Positions 48,698 to 58,135 of a DNA stretch of 63,229 bases are shown in pieces. The DNA comes from a virus (Duplodnaviria > Caudoviricetes), in IMG/VR virus record IMGVR_UViG_3300046004_000392, positions 1 through 63,229 of that record. One strand, given 5' to 3'. The notes beneath the pieces were generated by a model. That model was not told the DNA's origin and ran no database searches. It worked only from the letters and a program-made list of their open reading frames with translations. Each line of letters opens with the position of its first letter. The stretch's first letter is position 1. The translations under genes and the position numbers were made by a program.

Positions 48698-49369
48698 TCA
48701 TCTCCCACTCTTTCCGTTATGTTCACAGTCAGTAACTGGACAGAACTTACGGCAAGTAAAGTTAGGCTTGGGGTTCCACGTGTCATTCTCATAACATGAC
48801 TCTAGGCGACCCGTCTCACCAATCCAGTACGTCCAACCGTCCCTCTGTCCTTCTAATGCATATTCTGACTGTACGAACTCTTTAGATACAACGAATAGTA
48901 ACCCAGCCTTAATACGTTTTACTTCGGGGAAGTGTCTAAACACAGCAAGCGATAACAACTCTAACTGCTTGGTATCCGCATACTGTGCAGACTTCCCTGT
49001 TTTGTAGTCAATAAGGAAACAATCGTTTCCTTTTACGATAAGTAAGTCAGCTATACCACGCCACCATACTTTCGGGTCAAAGAACTCACATGCATCTAGT
49101 TCTTTGGTTAGCCCCATTTTTATTTCGCAATGCTTGTCCCCATCAATCTGCATCAATGCATCTACTTGTGGTTTGATGTACGCGTACTTCTCCGGTATCG
49201 CTTTGCCATCCCGTACGTATTCTTCGGCAGCTTTGTGTACTTCGGTACCGTAAATCAGATGTTCTGCTTCGGGTTCCTTAATATCCTTAACTACTTTTAA
49301 TCGATAGTACTTCCTAGGGCATTGCTGAAACGTCGACATCGACGAGTACGACCACGTATAATTTGTCAT
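48698..49369 (-). CDS. Cas4/RecB-like PD-(D/E)XK exonuclease
   Basis: WSYS...CP, GTEVH, GIADL, IDYKTG, C-terminal CxxC...C. Confidence 0.85.
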   Translation of the reverse strand: MTNYTWSYSSMSTFQQCPRKYYRLKVVKDIKEPEAEHLIYGTEVHKAAEEYVRDGKAIPEKYAYIKPQVDALMQIDGDKHCEIKMGLTKELDACEFFDPKVWWRGIADLLIVKGNDCFLIDYKTGKSAQYADTKQLELLSLAVFRHFPEVKRIKAGLLFVVSKEFVQSEYALEGQRDGWTYWIGETGRLESCYENDTWNPKPNFTCRKFCPVTDCEHNGKSGR

Positions 49370-49557
49370 TCGGCATCTCTAATGGGGGATTCAACAGCAT
49401 GAATATAGTCTCCGGCTTCGCATTGTTCTACTAACTTATGTTCTAGGTCAAAGTCGTAGTTAGCCGAGTGCACTAACGGTATTGCCTCTTGCCTGTACGC
49501 ATCTAAGTAATCTAGATACGTTAAGTAAGTCTCTATGCTCTTCGGAGTATATTTCAT
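49366..49557 (-). CDS. Small hypothetical protein
   Basis: Coupled ORF. Confidence 0.55.
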   Translation of the reverse strand: MKYTPKSIETYLTYLDYLDAYRQEAIPLVHSANYDFDLEHKLVEQCEAGDYIHAVESPIRDAE

Positions 49558-49757
49558 TATATCACTCTTGCGTTCCCTGTTATAGCCTGCTGCTTTGCGA
49601 ACCGATACAAGGTTTCTATATCGACGATTATTTCTTCTTGCTTAAATTTTAACTTAAATCCCATCGTTTGGTTAGCCCTAAGCGTAACTATTAGTGGCAC
49701 CATTTTCTCGATGACTGTTGTTTCCCGTGTGACGGGTTTCTCTAGCTTAGTTGCCAT
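49557..49757 (-). CDS. Small hypothetical protein
   Basis: GGAG SD; coupled ORF. Confidence 0.6.
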   Translation of the reverse strand: MATKLEKPVTRETTVIEKMVPLIVTLRANQTMGFKLKFKQEEIIVDIETLYRFAKQQAITGNARVI

Positions 49758-50001
49758 CGTCGTTCTCCAATTTAATTTTGCCTAGGTATGGACCATATTG
49801 TTTAAATGTTATGTTTCCGTTTTCTAGCCACCCATATACATTTATATACTGTGGCTCTTTAGGCTGTGGTTTAATGCGGTAAGTGCAATCATAATTCCAT
49901 TCAGGGTCACCAGCATCAAGCCATACAACTCCATCTAAAAATTGAATTTCTGCGCCATCAGCCCACGCTTTAATTTCTTTGTGCCATTTATGTTGTGCCA
50001 T
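49747..50001 (-). CDS. Small hypothetical protein (IKAWADGAEIQ...YRIKP)
   Basis: Common phage motif; coupled to polA stop. Confidence 0.65.
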   Translation of the reverse strand: MAQHKWHKEIKAWADGAEIQFLDGVVWLDAGDPEWNYDCTYRIKPQPKEPQYINVYGWLENGNITFKQYGPYLGKIKLENDDGN

Positions 50002-51806
50002 TAGCATTCTCCATAATTTTTACCAATGCCGGACTCGCAGTTCAGAGGTAGGCCAGTGGCCCACTCCGGAGTCCAACGCATGCATTCTTCTATGTACTTC
50101 TGCGCTTCTTCAGCTTCAGCTTCGGGTACGACACAAGCTACCGCATCGTGAACAGTCAATACTACACGATATTTCTGACTCATGCGTATCATCTGCTCAC
50201 CAATTACGCACCGCGCAACAGCTTGACACAGATTTTCTACGGCCTTACCCCCGTAAATGCGCGTATAACCAGTTCTCGCCTTGTACACATACTCAGTCCC
50301 GTTTTTACGCAAGTCACGGTATGACAGGAAGTAGCCGTTCGGTAACACGAACCCATTCTCGCTATCCATACGTAATGCTTGAGGCTGAACTCCGATCGGA
50401 TTAATCACTCCGCGTATCATCGCATCTAGACACCGACCTGCTTGTTTCCACAGTTGCGGTATCATTGGGTAGGTCTTGCGGTAAACATCTATGATGCGCG
50501 TACATTCGGCTAAGGATACAACGGTACCGAACCCTTGCAGTTGCGCTTGAAACTTCTCAGCGCCCATTCCGTAACCCGACCCTAGAATAGTTGTCTTACC
50601 TACGAACCGTTCTTGCTTAGTAATAGAGTCGATTGGTTTATTGTATATACTACTCGCCATAATCTTGTACACGTCTTCGTTCTTAGCAAACGCATCTACT
50701 AGGTCAACCTGCCCTGCAAGCCACGCTAGTACTCGGGCTTCAATCTGTGACGAGTCAGCGTCGATAATAACGTATCCATCCGGGGCAAGTATTGAGTTCT
50801 TTAATGCGTTCGTACCACGTGCGGGTAAGTTCTGTAAGTTAAGCTTGTCGTCTCCACCCCATCGCCCAGTATGTGCGGCATAGTATCTCAAGGGTACCGG
50901 TAGACTACCTCTCTTCGCTATGTTGATAAAACGTTCTGTACGCGTTTCTTCTAGTGTTGATTTGGTGCCTAGCCTAGCTGCGACCAATGCTTGCACTCGG
51001 TCATCGGGATGCTCAAGCAGTTCTTTGAATTCCGCGTCAGACTTAGCAAATGCCCACGTTTCTTTGCCGTTAGCAGGACTAAGTTTAGTTGGTGGAGTCA
51101 CCCCCATAGATTGCAGTAACTCAGCAAACTTAGGATTACTCATTAGAATTTCTTTGTGTGCGTTAGCCGCCTCAAGCAATTGCGTCTTACGTTCTTTGAC
51201 TTCGCTTAAGTGTTGCTCTAGCAGTAGCATATTCAGTTCAAGTACAGGCTCCGAGAACATACGGGTTGTGATATCCATAATCTTAAGTTCGTTGGGCGAT
51301 ACTTTCGGCAGGAATTCTTGTAGCAGTTTGTACGTTAGTTCTACGTCGTTCTTACAGTACTCACCATACTGTGCTAGGTCACGAGGTGTAAAGTCTCTAC
51401 GTCGTTTACCTAATGCATCTAGTACTTCCTTCCCTTTAACACCGAGATGATATCGGTCGGCAAGTTTAGCCAAGCTGTTCCCAACTTCGACCCCATCAAT
51501 AGCCCTAGCCATACCCAGCGTGTCCCAGATACCATAAGGGCGTATCCCAAAATGCCAACTAAGAATAGAGGCATCAAAACTAGCGTTGTGAGCAACAAGT
51601 ACACCACTATCCCAATCGTACGTATGTAGGAACTCCTTAATTTCGTAGGGCGTTCCGGTGAACCAAACGGCTGCATTGTCATTCTCCTTTATTGAAACAC
51701 CGATGGGTTCAAACAAATCATTACGGATGTAGTCTTCCATAGTAATCTTAGACAGACTGTACTCTCGGTCATAGTACGTCTCAAAGTCTAACGTGAGTAT
51801 CTTCAT
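50001..51806 (-). CDS. polA: DNA polymerase family A with 3'-5' exonuclease
   Basis: LDFETY, HNASFD, HTGRWGG, DSSQIEAR (motif A), GKTTILGSGYG (motif B), TVHDA (motif C). Confidence 0.95.
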   Translation of the reverse strand: MKILTLDFETYYDREYSLSKITMEDYIRNDLFEPIGVSIKENDNAAVWFTGTPYEIKEFLHTYDWDSGVLVAHNASFDASILSWHFGIRPYGIWDTLGMARAIDGVEVGNSLAKLADRYHLGVKGKEVLDALGKRRRDFTPRDLAQYGEYCKNDVELTYKLLQEFLPKVSPNELKIMDITTRMFSEPVLELNMLLLEQHLSEVKERKTQLLEAANAHKEILMSNPKFAELLQSMGVTPPTKLSPANGKETWAFAKSDAEFKELLEHPDDRVQALVAARLGTKSTLEETRTERFINIAKRGSLPVPLRYYAAHTGRWGGDDKLNLQNLPARGTNALKNSILAPDGYVIIDADSSQIEARVLAWLAGQVDLVDAFAKNEDVYKIMASSIYNKPIDSITKQERFVGKTTILGSGYGMGAEKFQAQLQGFGTVVSLAECTRIIDVYRKTYPMIPQLWKQAGRCLDAMIRGVINPIGVQPQALRMDSENGFVLPNGYFLSYRDLRKNGTEYVYKARTGYTRIYGGKAVENLCQAVARCVIGEQMIRMSQKYRVVLTVHDAVACVVPEAEAEEAQKYIEECMRWTPEWATGLPLNCESGIGKNYGEC

Positions 51807-51808
51807 TA

Positions 51809-52267
51809 TTATCTCGCAGCTTTTTTTAGATTAGCTTTCAGTTGTTGTTTCGCTGCTTCTGAGTCCGCAAACTTTTTAGCTATGTCGTATTGCGCTTTGT
51901 TCATGTGTATCTTTGACGGAGTTGCTTGTAGTTGGTCATTTGTCCATTCTTTTATTATCTTTGCCATACTCGGCGCTGAATAACTATTTCCGCTCTCTGT
52001 CTGTTGGGTAGGTGCAAGCAAGCCTTCTAGTATTAGCTGTTTAGCATACACGCCTTTTATTAGTTTAAGTTGTTGTCGTAAGGTTATGTGGTCAATCATT
52101 TCAAAGTTGCCACTGGCTAACGCTCTAGCCCACGGATGTGCCGGACGGTAGTCATCAAACATTTCCCTAAACTTATCCGGACTGCTTTGCATTTGGTCGA
52201 TTAGTATTTTTACCTCATCACTGCATAGTGGGTACAAGGCTTTAACTATGTATGTTCTTAAGTTCAT
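51809..52267 (-). CDS. Hypothetical protein
   Basis: Likely start MNLRTY after AAGGA. Confidence 0.6.
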   Translation of the reverse strand: MNLRTYIVKALYPLCSDEVKILIDQMQSSPDKFREMFDDYRPAHPWARALASGNFEMIDHITLRQQLKLIKGVYAKQLILEGLLAPTQQTESGNSYSAPSMAKIIKEWTNDQLQATPSKIHMNKAQYDIAKKFADSEAAKQQLKANLKKAAR

Positions 52268-52283
52268 TTTGGTATTCCTTTTA

Positions 52284-52553
52284 TTATCGTAAGGCTTTAA
52301 ATTTACTGCGTGTCCATAGTAGCATAGCTGTCTTAGTCGCGCCGGCCTTCTCAAGTTCGTGTGCACTGTACTCTTTGTTTGGGTCGGACATATAAAACTT
52401 ATTGCCTTGCGAGTCTACCATCCCCGTTGCGTGCTCCGCGTATCCGGGTGATACGTAGCAATCCTTATTGTAATGTGGTACGTAAGTAATGCCATTTAGC
52501 ACGTACGTTAAATAGTGTTGTGTTTCCGCAGGTGTTTTCATTGGTGTAATCAT
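52284..52553 (-). CDS. Hypothetical protein
   Basis: Likely start MITPMK after GGAG. Confidence 0.6.
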   Translation of the reverse strand: MITPMKTPAETQHYLTYVLNGITYVPHYNKDCYVSPGYAEHATGMVDSQGNKFYMSDPNKEYSAHELEKAGATKTAMLLWTRSKFKALR

Positions 52554-52798
52554 TCTGTTTCTCCGTTGTAATGGTCGCCCGTCGGGCCGTTCTGTCCTAT
52601 AACATCGCATCGGGCCTCGTCCCAGTTAAGGGGACATCCCGTAAACGCGCATTCTTTTGTAGCAGTTAAACTTTTACCGCACACATCGCACAGTGGGTCT
52701 TTGTTCTTCCTAAAGATTTTATCGAAGTTATCTTCAAACTCTTTGCTGTTCTTCCGACTTTTTATTAAGTCGCCTGTTACATCATTTCGTGATGCCAT
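52550..52798 (-). CDS. Hypothetical protein with Zn-ribbon Cys
   Basis: MASRNDVTGD...CDVC...C...C; AGGAG SD. Confidence 0.65.
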   Translation of the reverse strand: MASRNDVTGDLIKSRKNSKEFEDNFDKIFRKNKDPLCDVCGKSLTATKECAFTGCPLNWDEARCDVIGQNGPTGDHYNGETE

Positions 52799-52955
52799 TT
52801 TCTTTCTCCTTCTTAGCCCTATCAAGCCCTCGCCTTATCAACGCTTCAAAACCTTGTTGCATTAGGTACATCTTACCTTCCTCGTCCACGTCCAGCTGGG
52901 CTATACCACTTCCATCGGGTTGGTCGATTATGTCGCCTATCAATTCTATTTTCAT
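52782..52955 (-). CDS. Small hypothetical protein (57 aa, MKIELIGDIIDQPDGSG...)
   Basis: Hand-translated; AGGA SD. Confidence 0.6.
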   Translation of the reverse strand: MKIELIGDIIDQPDGSGIAQLDVDEEGKMYLMQQGFEALIRRGLDRAKKEKENGITK

Positions 52956-53130
52956 ATCTGTATCCTATGGTTTACATTTTTGTCTGTTTGTACACTATGT
53001 GAGCGCTTTTAGTTCAAAACTAAACTAATAGTGTAGACTTGTGTGTAATTTTAAACCGTTTATTCAACACAAACTTTTTTGTCTCGTACGAATTAAACGC
53101 AAAAAAGTGATATATCAAATGTTTGGTATA

Positions 53131-53349
53131 TCAAACAGTCTTACCTATATAAGTTGCCTTAACGTTATTATCAAACTGCAACGTCACAGCGCAGTCCTGT
53201 CCTGTGTTTCCACTTAAAAGTTTATAAAATCCAAATCCCATAGAAACAATAGCTACAAGTAGTAACGTTACTACAATCACTACGGCTCTATCCCCACTTC
53301 TATCGCAGTCACACTTACGGCCTTGCTCACAATCTTGATTACACGGCAT
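53131..53349 (-). CDS. Small Cys-rich membrane protein (MPCNQDCEQGRKCDC + TM)
   Basis: GGAGG SD; single TM. Confidence 0.6.
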   Translation of the reverse strand: MPCNQDCEQGRKCDCDRSGDRAVVIVVTLLLVAIVSMGFGFYKLLSGNTGQDCAVTLQFDNNVKATYIGKTV

Positions 53350-53539
53350 CTGAACCTCCATAATATTTAATCAATACGTTATATGCTTTAGTTACTTTCT
53401 TTTGCATCTTTATGTCGTCGGGGTGCACGGCTGTCCATTCATTCATACCGTCCCTACTGCTTTTTAAATGTGCCAACACGATAGCGTCCAGTGCATCAGC
53501 TAATTGTATTGAGTCTGTTAAGTCTAATGTGATTTTCAT
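53339..53539 (-). CDS. Small hypothetical protein
   Basis: GAGG SD. Confidence 0.6.
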   Translation of the reverse strand: MKITLDLTDSIQLADALDAIVLAHLKSSRDGMNEWTAVHPDDIKMQKKVTKAYNVLIKYYGGSDAV

Positions 53540-53712
53540 AGTTCCACCTCGTTGTTGTGTATATCAAGTTCATCAATATCTATCTCTGACTCTTTGCCAC
53601 TAGGTAACTTGCCTATGATAGATGTCGGAAAGTGCCCTGTTTTAATTACTTCAACTACGCACTCGCCTTTCTTCCACCATACCCATCTTGGCATCGTTCG
53701 TTTATTTGTCAT
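53536..53712 (-). CDS. Small hypothetical protein (58 aa, MTNKRTMPRWVWW...)
   Basis: Hand-translated; ATGA overlap with next gene. Confidence 0.55.
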   Translation of the reverse strand: MTNKRTMPRWVWWKKGECVVEVIKTGHFPTSIIGKLPSGKESEIDIDELDIHNNEVEL

Positions 53713-53713
53713 A

Positions 53714-53887
53714 CTAGTGTCCTTTCTTTGGTTGTCTAAATCCGTTCGGTACCTGCCCCGACGTTAAGTTTTGCATTACAAGCATCAGTTGCTCGATTAC
53801 TTTTTGGTGGTCATCAAGCCTAGCCTGCATACCTAGTAGCCCTTCGTGCATAGCCTTTAATGTTGTTTCGATTTGTTCTTCTGTCAT
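53714..53887 (-). CDS. Small coiled-coil protein (57 aa, MTEEQIETTLKAM...)
   Basis: Hand-translated; GGAG SD. Confidence 0.55.
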   Translation of the reverse strand: MTEEQIETTLKAMHEGLLGMQARLDDHQKVIEQLMLVMQNLTSGQVPNGFRQPKKGH

Positions 53888-54132
53888 TTGTTTGCTCCGT
53901 ATTTAGTCTGTAACAACAACTCGCAGTAGTGCAATGCTTTCTTGATGTCCTCGGCGCCGTTCTTAGCGTGGTGTCGGCATACATACTTAACTATGTTGCC
54001 CTCTAAGAAGCCTAAGTTATTCGCGGCAATAAACTCAACCGGTTGTATCTTCATGCTTGCATAGTGGCTTCCGCCTATCTGTTTAGCTAATGCGTTTTCT
54101 TCTTCCCTCATGTCTGTCATTCCGTCGCTCAT
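53884..54132 (-). CDS. DUF3310-family protein (T7 gp1.7 nucleotide-kinase-like)
   Basis: QIGGSHY...IQPVEFI...FLEGNIVKYVCR...EDIKKALHY. Confidence 0.8.
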   Translation of the reverse strand: MSDGMTDMREEENALAKQIGGSHYASMKIQPVEFIAANNLGFLEGNIVKYVCRHHAKNGAEDIKKALHYCELLLQTKYGANK

Positions 54133-54367
54133 TCCATTCTCCTATCATAAACATACATAACATACCTAACCCAAATGCTTGCCAGTAGCACTGAATGTAC
54201 TCAATTACCATATTTGCCATTAGCTTCGTCCCTCGCATCTCGTTCTGCTTCTTTCTCTAGCGATAAGTAAATCCCCTCAATCACCCTACCTTTTTCTGCG
54301 GGGGGTAGGTCATGTGTTGCTAGTTTGGTAATAAAATTCCCTAACTTAATATAATGTTTCTCTTTCA

Positions 54368-54766
54368 TTACCACGCTCCAAACATATTCATGCTACTACC
54401 TATTGCTACCGTACCACGTCTAGTTGTGCGCTTGTTTGGTTCGGGGTTTACGTATGGTCTATCCACCAATCGTATTACTCTAACGTGTGGTGGCACCTCT
54501 TCTTCTACTTGTTCCGTAGGTTGTTCCCGTTTGATATACGGTGTGCCTTCGTTGTAAGCGTATTGACGTCTGCCTTGTGTAGTAACCTTACGTCGTACTA
54601 AGAAACCACGTAGCGCAAGCCATTCCATATAGTGCTTCATCTTTACTACGGGAATGTTCAATTCAGTTGAACACGTTATCATTATCACATCTTTCTTGCC
54701 CTGTATAAATTTGCATATACGGTCTCGGCTTTCTTCTACTTCAGCATCAAACTCATTTAATCGCAT
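54368..54766 (-). CDS. Hypothetical protein, possible winged helix
   Basis: GAGG SD; LALRGFLVRR wing-like pattern. Confidence 0.55.
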   Translation of the reverse strand: MRLNEFDAEVEESRDRICKFIQGKKDVIMITCSTELNIPVVKMKHYMEWLALRGFLVRRKVTTQGRRQYAYNEGTPYIKREQPTEQVEEEVPPHVRVIRLVDRPYVNPEPNKRTTRRGTVAIGSSMNMFGAW

Positions 54767-54915
54767 AGTGTTACTACCTCGTGTCGTAATAAATATTTGT
54801 CTAGGTATTCGTATAGTTCTGCTTCTAAAACTCCAACCAACAGATTATAAACGTGCTCGTCGTTTACGCTTTCGATTAGTTTGCATAATCGCTCAAGTCT
54901 TTCTATGTCAAACAT
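54757..54915 (-). CDS. Small hypothetical protein (52 aa, MFDIERLERLC...)
   Basis: Hand-translated; GGAG SD. Confidence 0.5.
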   Translation of the reverse strand: MFDIERLERLCKLIESVNDEHVYNLLVGVLEAELYEYLDKYLLRHEVVTLCD

Positions 54916-55243
54916 TTTGGTTCTCCTCGAGGCTATCGTGGGGCTCTGACCAGTTCCCTGCCACGTCCATCAATTTGGCGATTAAATCTACGTTTGTCTC
55001 GTTGATAACGTAGGTTAAGCCACCTGCTTTATTTATTTTGTGTAGTTCGCGCAGTTGTAATTCGGTTGGTTTGTTTGTGCCAGCTTTACATTCGATGCCA
55101 ACAAACTTACCGCGTAGACAGCAGACAATGTCGGGCACACCACTGCGACCGAAGCCACCAGTGGCAGGAAAGAAATAGTACGCGTCGTTAGCCTTGAGTA
55201 GTTTGACTACTGATGCCTTGACTTTTGACTCGGGTGTTGCCAT
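54908..55243 (-). CDS. VRR-NUC nuclease
   Basis: PESKVK...GVPDI...IECKAG...PTELQ; start MATPES after GGAG. Confidence 0.85.
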   Translation of the reverse strand: MATPESKVKASVVKLLKANDAYYFFPATGGFGRSGVPDIVCCLRGKFVGIECKAGTNKPTELQLRELHKINKAGGLTYVINETNVDLIAKLMDVAGNWSEPHDSLEENQNV

Positions 55244-55277
55244 TGATGTACTCCATAAACATAACGAATGTTTACTA

Positions 55278-55305
55278 AGTATACTTGACGGAATGGGGGT
55301 GTCAA
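55278..55305 (-). promoter_or_regulatory. Sigma70 promoter for middle/replication genes
   Basis: TTGACA-N16-TATACT. Confidence 0.5.
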
Positions 55306-55373
55306 TAGGCTTACAAGATTTATTTTTAGGTACGTCTTCCACCCAAATAGGGTGTTACGTTTGTGATAGGCAT

Positions 55374-55413
55374 AAAAAAAGGACAACATAACAGTTAAGT
55401 TACATTGTCCTTT
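55374..55413 (-). terminator. 12-6-12 palindrome copy 3 (55381-55410) doubling as intrinsic terminator
   Basis: Minus strand AAAGGACAATGTAAC-TTAACT-GTTATGTTGTCC-T7. Confidence 0.7.
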
Positions 55414-55533
55414 GGTGGATAGAAAAGCAGATTACACGCTATCCTCGTGGTGGAGAGCAGACCTAACCTATGCAGGTTAAGGTGCTAGGCAAGCAACACA
55501 CATCTGCTATATGTATTCGTTCTTGCCCGTTGG

Positions 55534-56412
55534 TTATCCTACTATGTACATTATGTTGTCTTCGAACTTTACCCCTATATCTTGTATAGGGTCGTTCTCC
55601 TCAGCAATTTTAAGTACAGCTATCTGTTCTTGCATACGAATTGGCATCTCTTCATAGTTTCGGTATCGCATAAGCGGTATGTTGTTTTCCTCATACGTGT
55701 GCCTAGCGTCATACATAAACGATACTGCTCGTATAGTGTTGTCAGCTAGTACCTTTACCACGTACCCACTACGTTCTTTACCTGTGGCAGTATTGTACTT
55801 GCTTACCGCCTTCAGCGACTTACCTGCTAGGTATCTATAATACATATGCATTTGGTTCTCGTCTACTTTACACGTTGCAGGCATAGGCAGTACCTTGCCT
55901 TGAATATGTGACTCAACTATCCACTCATGTATATCGTTACCATAGTAACTTGACACTTGAGACAACGAACTGCGCCACCGGTACTCGTGGTTATCATACT
56001 CATCACGTACCCTAGTAATTAACCTAGCACAAATCTGCCCTACGCTAGGTGGTGCAAATGCTTTAACGACGTGCTTCAATGCCGTTGTGGTATTAGTAGT
56101 TACAACCGTATTAGGAGACCCACGTTCTTTCTGTATGTGTTCAGACCTTATAACGTATGCGTCCGGATAGGTACCATCAGATTGCCTACGGCCTGCTTCA
56201 TGTTGATACGAAATCTCACCTACTCGGTCAGCGTCTTGTGTTACCTCAAACCCCGTAGCCCACTTAGTGATTGAACCTGTTTCATCACTAACAGCGTTGC
56301 GAAACTTGGTTGCGTGGAACTCAAACAATGGGCGCTTCATCTGTATCATTGTTACCAACTCTTTAAGCTGCGGAACTATTTCCGTAGCCTGTCCTAAATT
56401 TATTGCAGCCAT
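55534..56412 (-). CDS. Hypothetical early protein (292 aa)
   Basis: AGGAG SD. Confidence 0.75.
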   Translation of the reverse strand: MAAINLGQATEIVPQLKELVTMIQMKRPLFEFHATKFRNAVSDETGSITKWATGFEVTQDADRVGEISYQHEAGRRQSDGTYPDAYVIRSEHIQKERGSPNTVVTTNTTTALKHVVKAFAPPSVGQICARLITRVRDEYDNHEYRWRSSLSQVSSYYGNDIHEWIVESHIQGKVLPMPATCKVDENQMHMYYRYLAGKSLKAVSKYNTATGKERSGYVVKVLADNTIRAVSFMYDARHTYEENNIPLMRYRNYEEMPIRMQEQIAVLKIAEENDPIQDIGVKFEDNIMYIVG

Positions 56413-56432
56413 ACAACTCTCCTAAAATAATG

Positions 56433-57323
56433 TTACCAATTAAACTTCGATAAGATATCGTCTACTTGTGTCTTGACTTCTTGACGTGTGTGTTCGCTAT
56501 CACGTAGCGCTTCTGCGCTAAGTCCATTAACCACAGTAGCTAACTGTTTACGTGCATCTTCAATCTTCGGGTCTTGCGTGATGTTCAAATGCTTTAACTC
56601 CAGGCATAACTCTTGTGCATTGGTTACTAACGTATCACGAAAGATTTTCTTCTTACTCTCAGCACCGCTGTCATCATCTGCTAACCTATCACTCATGCGA
56701 CGTAAGCAATCCTCTAGGCGCCACGTTACATCAGCCATCGCGTTATGTACTCGGTCATTGACACTCGCATTGAACTGTTCTTTCAACTCCACGATAGCAT
56801 CATTACCCACATCAACTCGGAAGTCACCTGCCACAGGCACAGGTAAGAACGAGTACTTGAACTCGAACTGTTTAGCGACTTGTGCCTTATCGGGATAGTC
56901 TGATTGCACAAACAAATCACCTAGGGCGTGCGACGCTTGGACAATAAGGTCATCAAACTTTTCTAAAAAGTCGTCTATCATATCCTTACGCATAGTTTCG
57001 TAATTAGATAGAGCTTGCTTGTACTCAAAGAACTTAGCCGATGGTAGCAGACGTTGTCCTTTGTCAGACCACGGAAGGGTCTGTGATATATTCCACGCAC
57101 GAATACGTGAGTCGAACTTGTTGATATCGTGTAGTACTTTAGTACCTGCAAACAAATTCTTTTGGTACTTACCTGCGTTGGTTGTCGTAGAATTTACTAC
57201 ATCTACCATCTCGGTCGTGGGTCGGTCAATCTTAGTACCAGTCCACGAACGGATTGATAGGTCTACTAACATAGAACTGCTTGATATACTGACGATATCT
57301 ACTGCTTCATTTTGGTTACTCAT
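56433..57323 (-). CDS. DUF3150-like helical early protein
   Basis: LSIRSWTG...TLPWSDKGQRLLP...DYP; follows AAA/VWA genes. Confidence 0.55.
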   Translation of the reverse strand: MSNQNEAVDIVSISSSSMLVDLSIRSWTGTKIDRPTTEMVDVVNSTTTNAGKYQKNLFAGTKVLHDINKFDSRIRAWNISQTLPWSDKGQRLLPSAKFFEYKQALSNYETMRKDMIDDFLEKFDDLIVQASHALGDLFVQSDYPDKAQVAKQFEFKYSFLPVPVAGDFRVDVGNDAIVELKEQFNASVNDRVHNAMADVTWRLEDCLRRMSDRLADDDSGAESKKKIFRDTLVTNAQELCLELKHLNITQDPKIEDARKQLATVVNGLSAEALRDSEHTRQEVKTQVDDILSKFNW

Positions 57324-57342
57324 TTTATTTCTCCTTATGGTT

Positions 57343-57372
57343 GGACAACATAACTACTCTGTTACATTGTCT
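57343..57372. repeat. 12-6-12 palindromic element, copy 4
   Basis: GGACAACATAAC TACTCT GTTACATTGTCT. Confidence 0.85.
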
Positions 57373-57542
57373 AAGATAGTTTGATTACGGACTATGTACT
57401 CATGCGCTAAGTATTGTATTGCTTGCGTATAGGAAGCGTTAATACCTAGTGAGGCCCGCATATGTTGAATTACTACATCAAGTACTTTTACTGTACCTGC
57501 GTTTACTGATACACCTACACGACCATCGCTTGTTCTTGCCAT
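57354..57542 (-). CDS. Small protein, ribbon-helix-helix-like
   Basis: RVGVSVN strand then two helices; GAGGAG SD. Confidence 0.5.
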   Translation of the reverse strand: MARTSDGRVGVSVNAGTVKVLDVVIQHMRASLGINASYTQAIQYLAHEYIVRNQTILDNVTE

Positions 57543-57543
57543 C

Positions 57544-57717
57544 TTAATTCTCCTCTAATACATCTTCGATAAAATAATAGCTTTCGGCAGGCTCTAGGTC
57601 TGCGTTAGCTTCGTACGTCTGTACTGCAAGACGTTGTGCTTCTTCGGGCGAGTCTGCTTCTACCTGCATAGGGTATATCTCTGACTGCACGATTGTTACT
57701 AACCATTTCTGTTTCAT
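57544..57717 (-). CDS. Small protein (57 aa, VEADSPEEA motif)
   Basis: Hand-translated; AGGAG SD. Confidence 0.65.
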   Translation of the reverse strand: MKQKWLVTIVQSEIYPMQVEADSPEEAQRLAVQTYEANADLEPAESYYFIEDVLEEN

Positions 57718-57727
57718 GACTTACTCC

Positions 57728-58135
57728 TTAGTATATATCCCAACATAACGAACTTACTGGGTACAGCATTGACGTAGCTTCGCCATCACCACCATACCTA
57801 GTGTCTATATCACCCGACTCCTCACCTATACGCACGAAACACCAACTCACGCAGTTATACTTCTCTGCAAACTCCTCAGCTAAATCGAGTAGCTTGTGAT
57901 GTGCTATTACGTCGGAGTAACTGTCGTACCACTTGACGTCCTCGGCTTCAAATCTAACGTGTAGTTTGTTATCGTTAAACTCTAAACTTTGTGGCTCGTC
58001 CTCTCGACAGTGGTCGTAATCGGGGTCTAGCTTGTACTGCACCTTAAATTGGTCGTACACTTGCTGTTCTGTGAATACAATTAAGTACCCCACTTGACTT
58101 CTATATCCCATATCTAACTCCTTAAATTTACCCAT
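57728..58135 (-). CDS. Hypothetical protein (MGYRSQV...VKWY...FVRIGEE)
   Basis: Coupled ORF. Confidence 0.7.
   Translation of the reverse strand: MGKFKELDMGYRSQVGYLIVFTEQQVYDQFKVQYKLDPDYDHCREDEPQSLEFNDNKLHVRFEAEDVKWYDSYSDVIAHHKLLDLAEEFAEKYNCVSWCFVRIGEESGDIDTRYGGDGEATSMLYPVSSLCWDIY

Noticed and set aside
48698-49369. Cas4 as part of a CRISPR system
   Set aside because: Stand-alone exonuclease in a standard PolA/SNF2 replication module; no cas1/cas2 or array
52960-53130. AT-rich gap as a possible ncRNA or gene remnant
   Set aside because: No convincing ORF, stem or repeat found by eye
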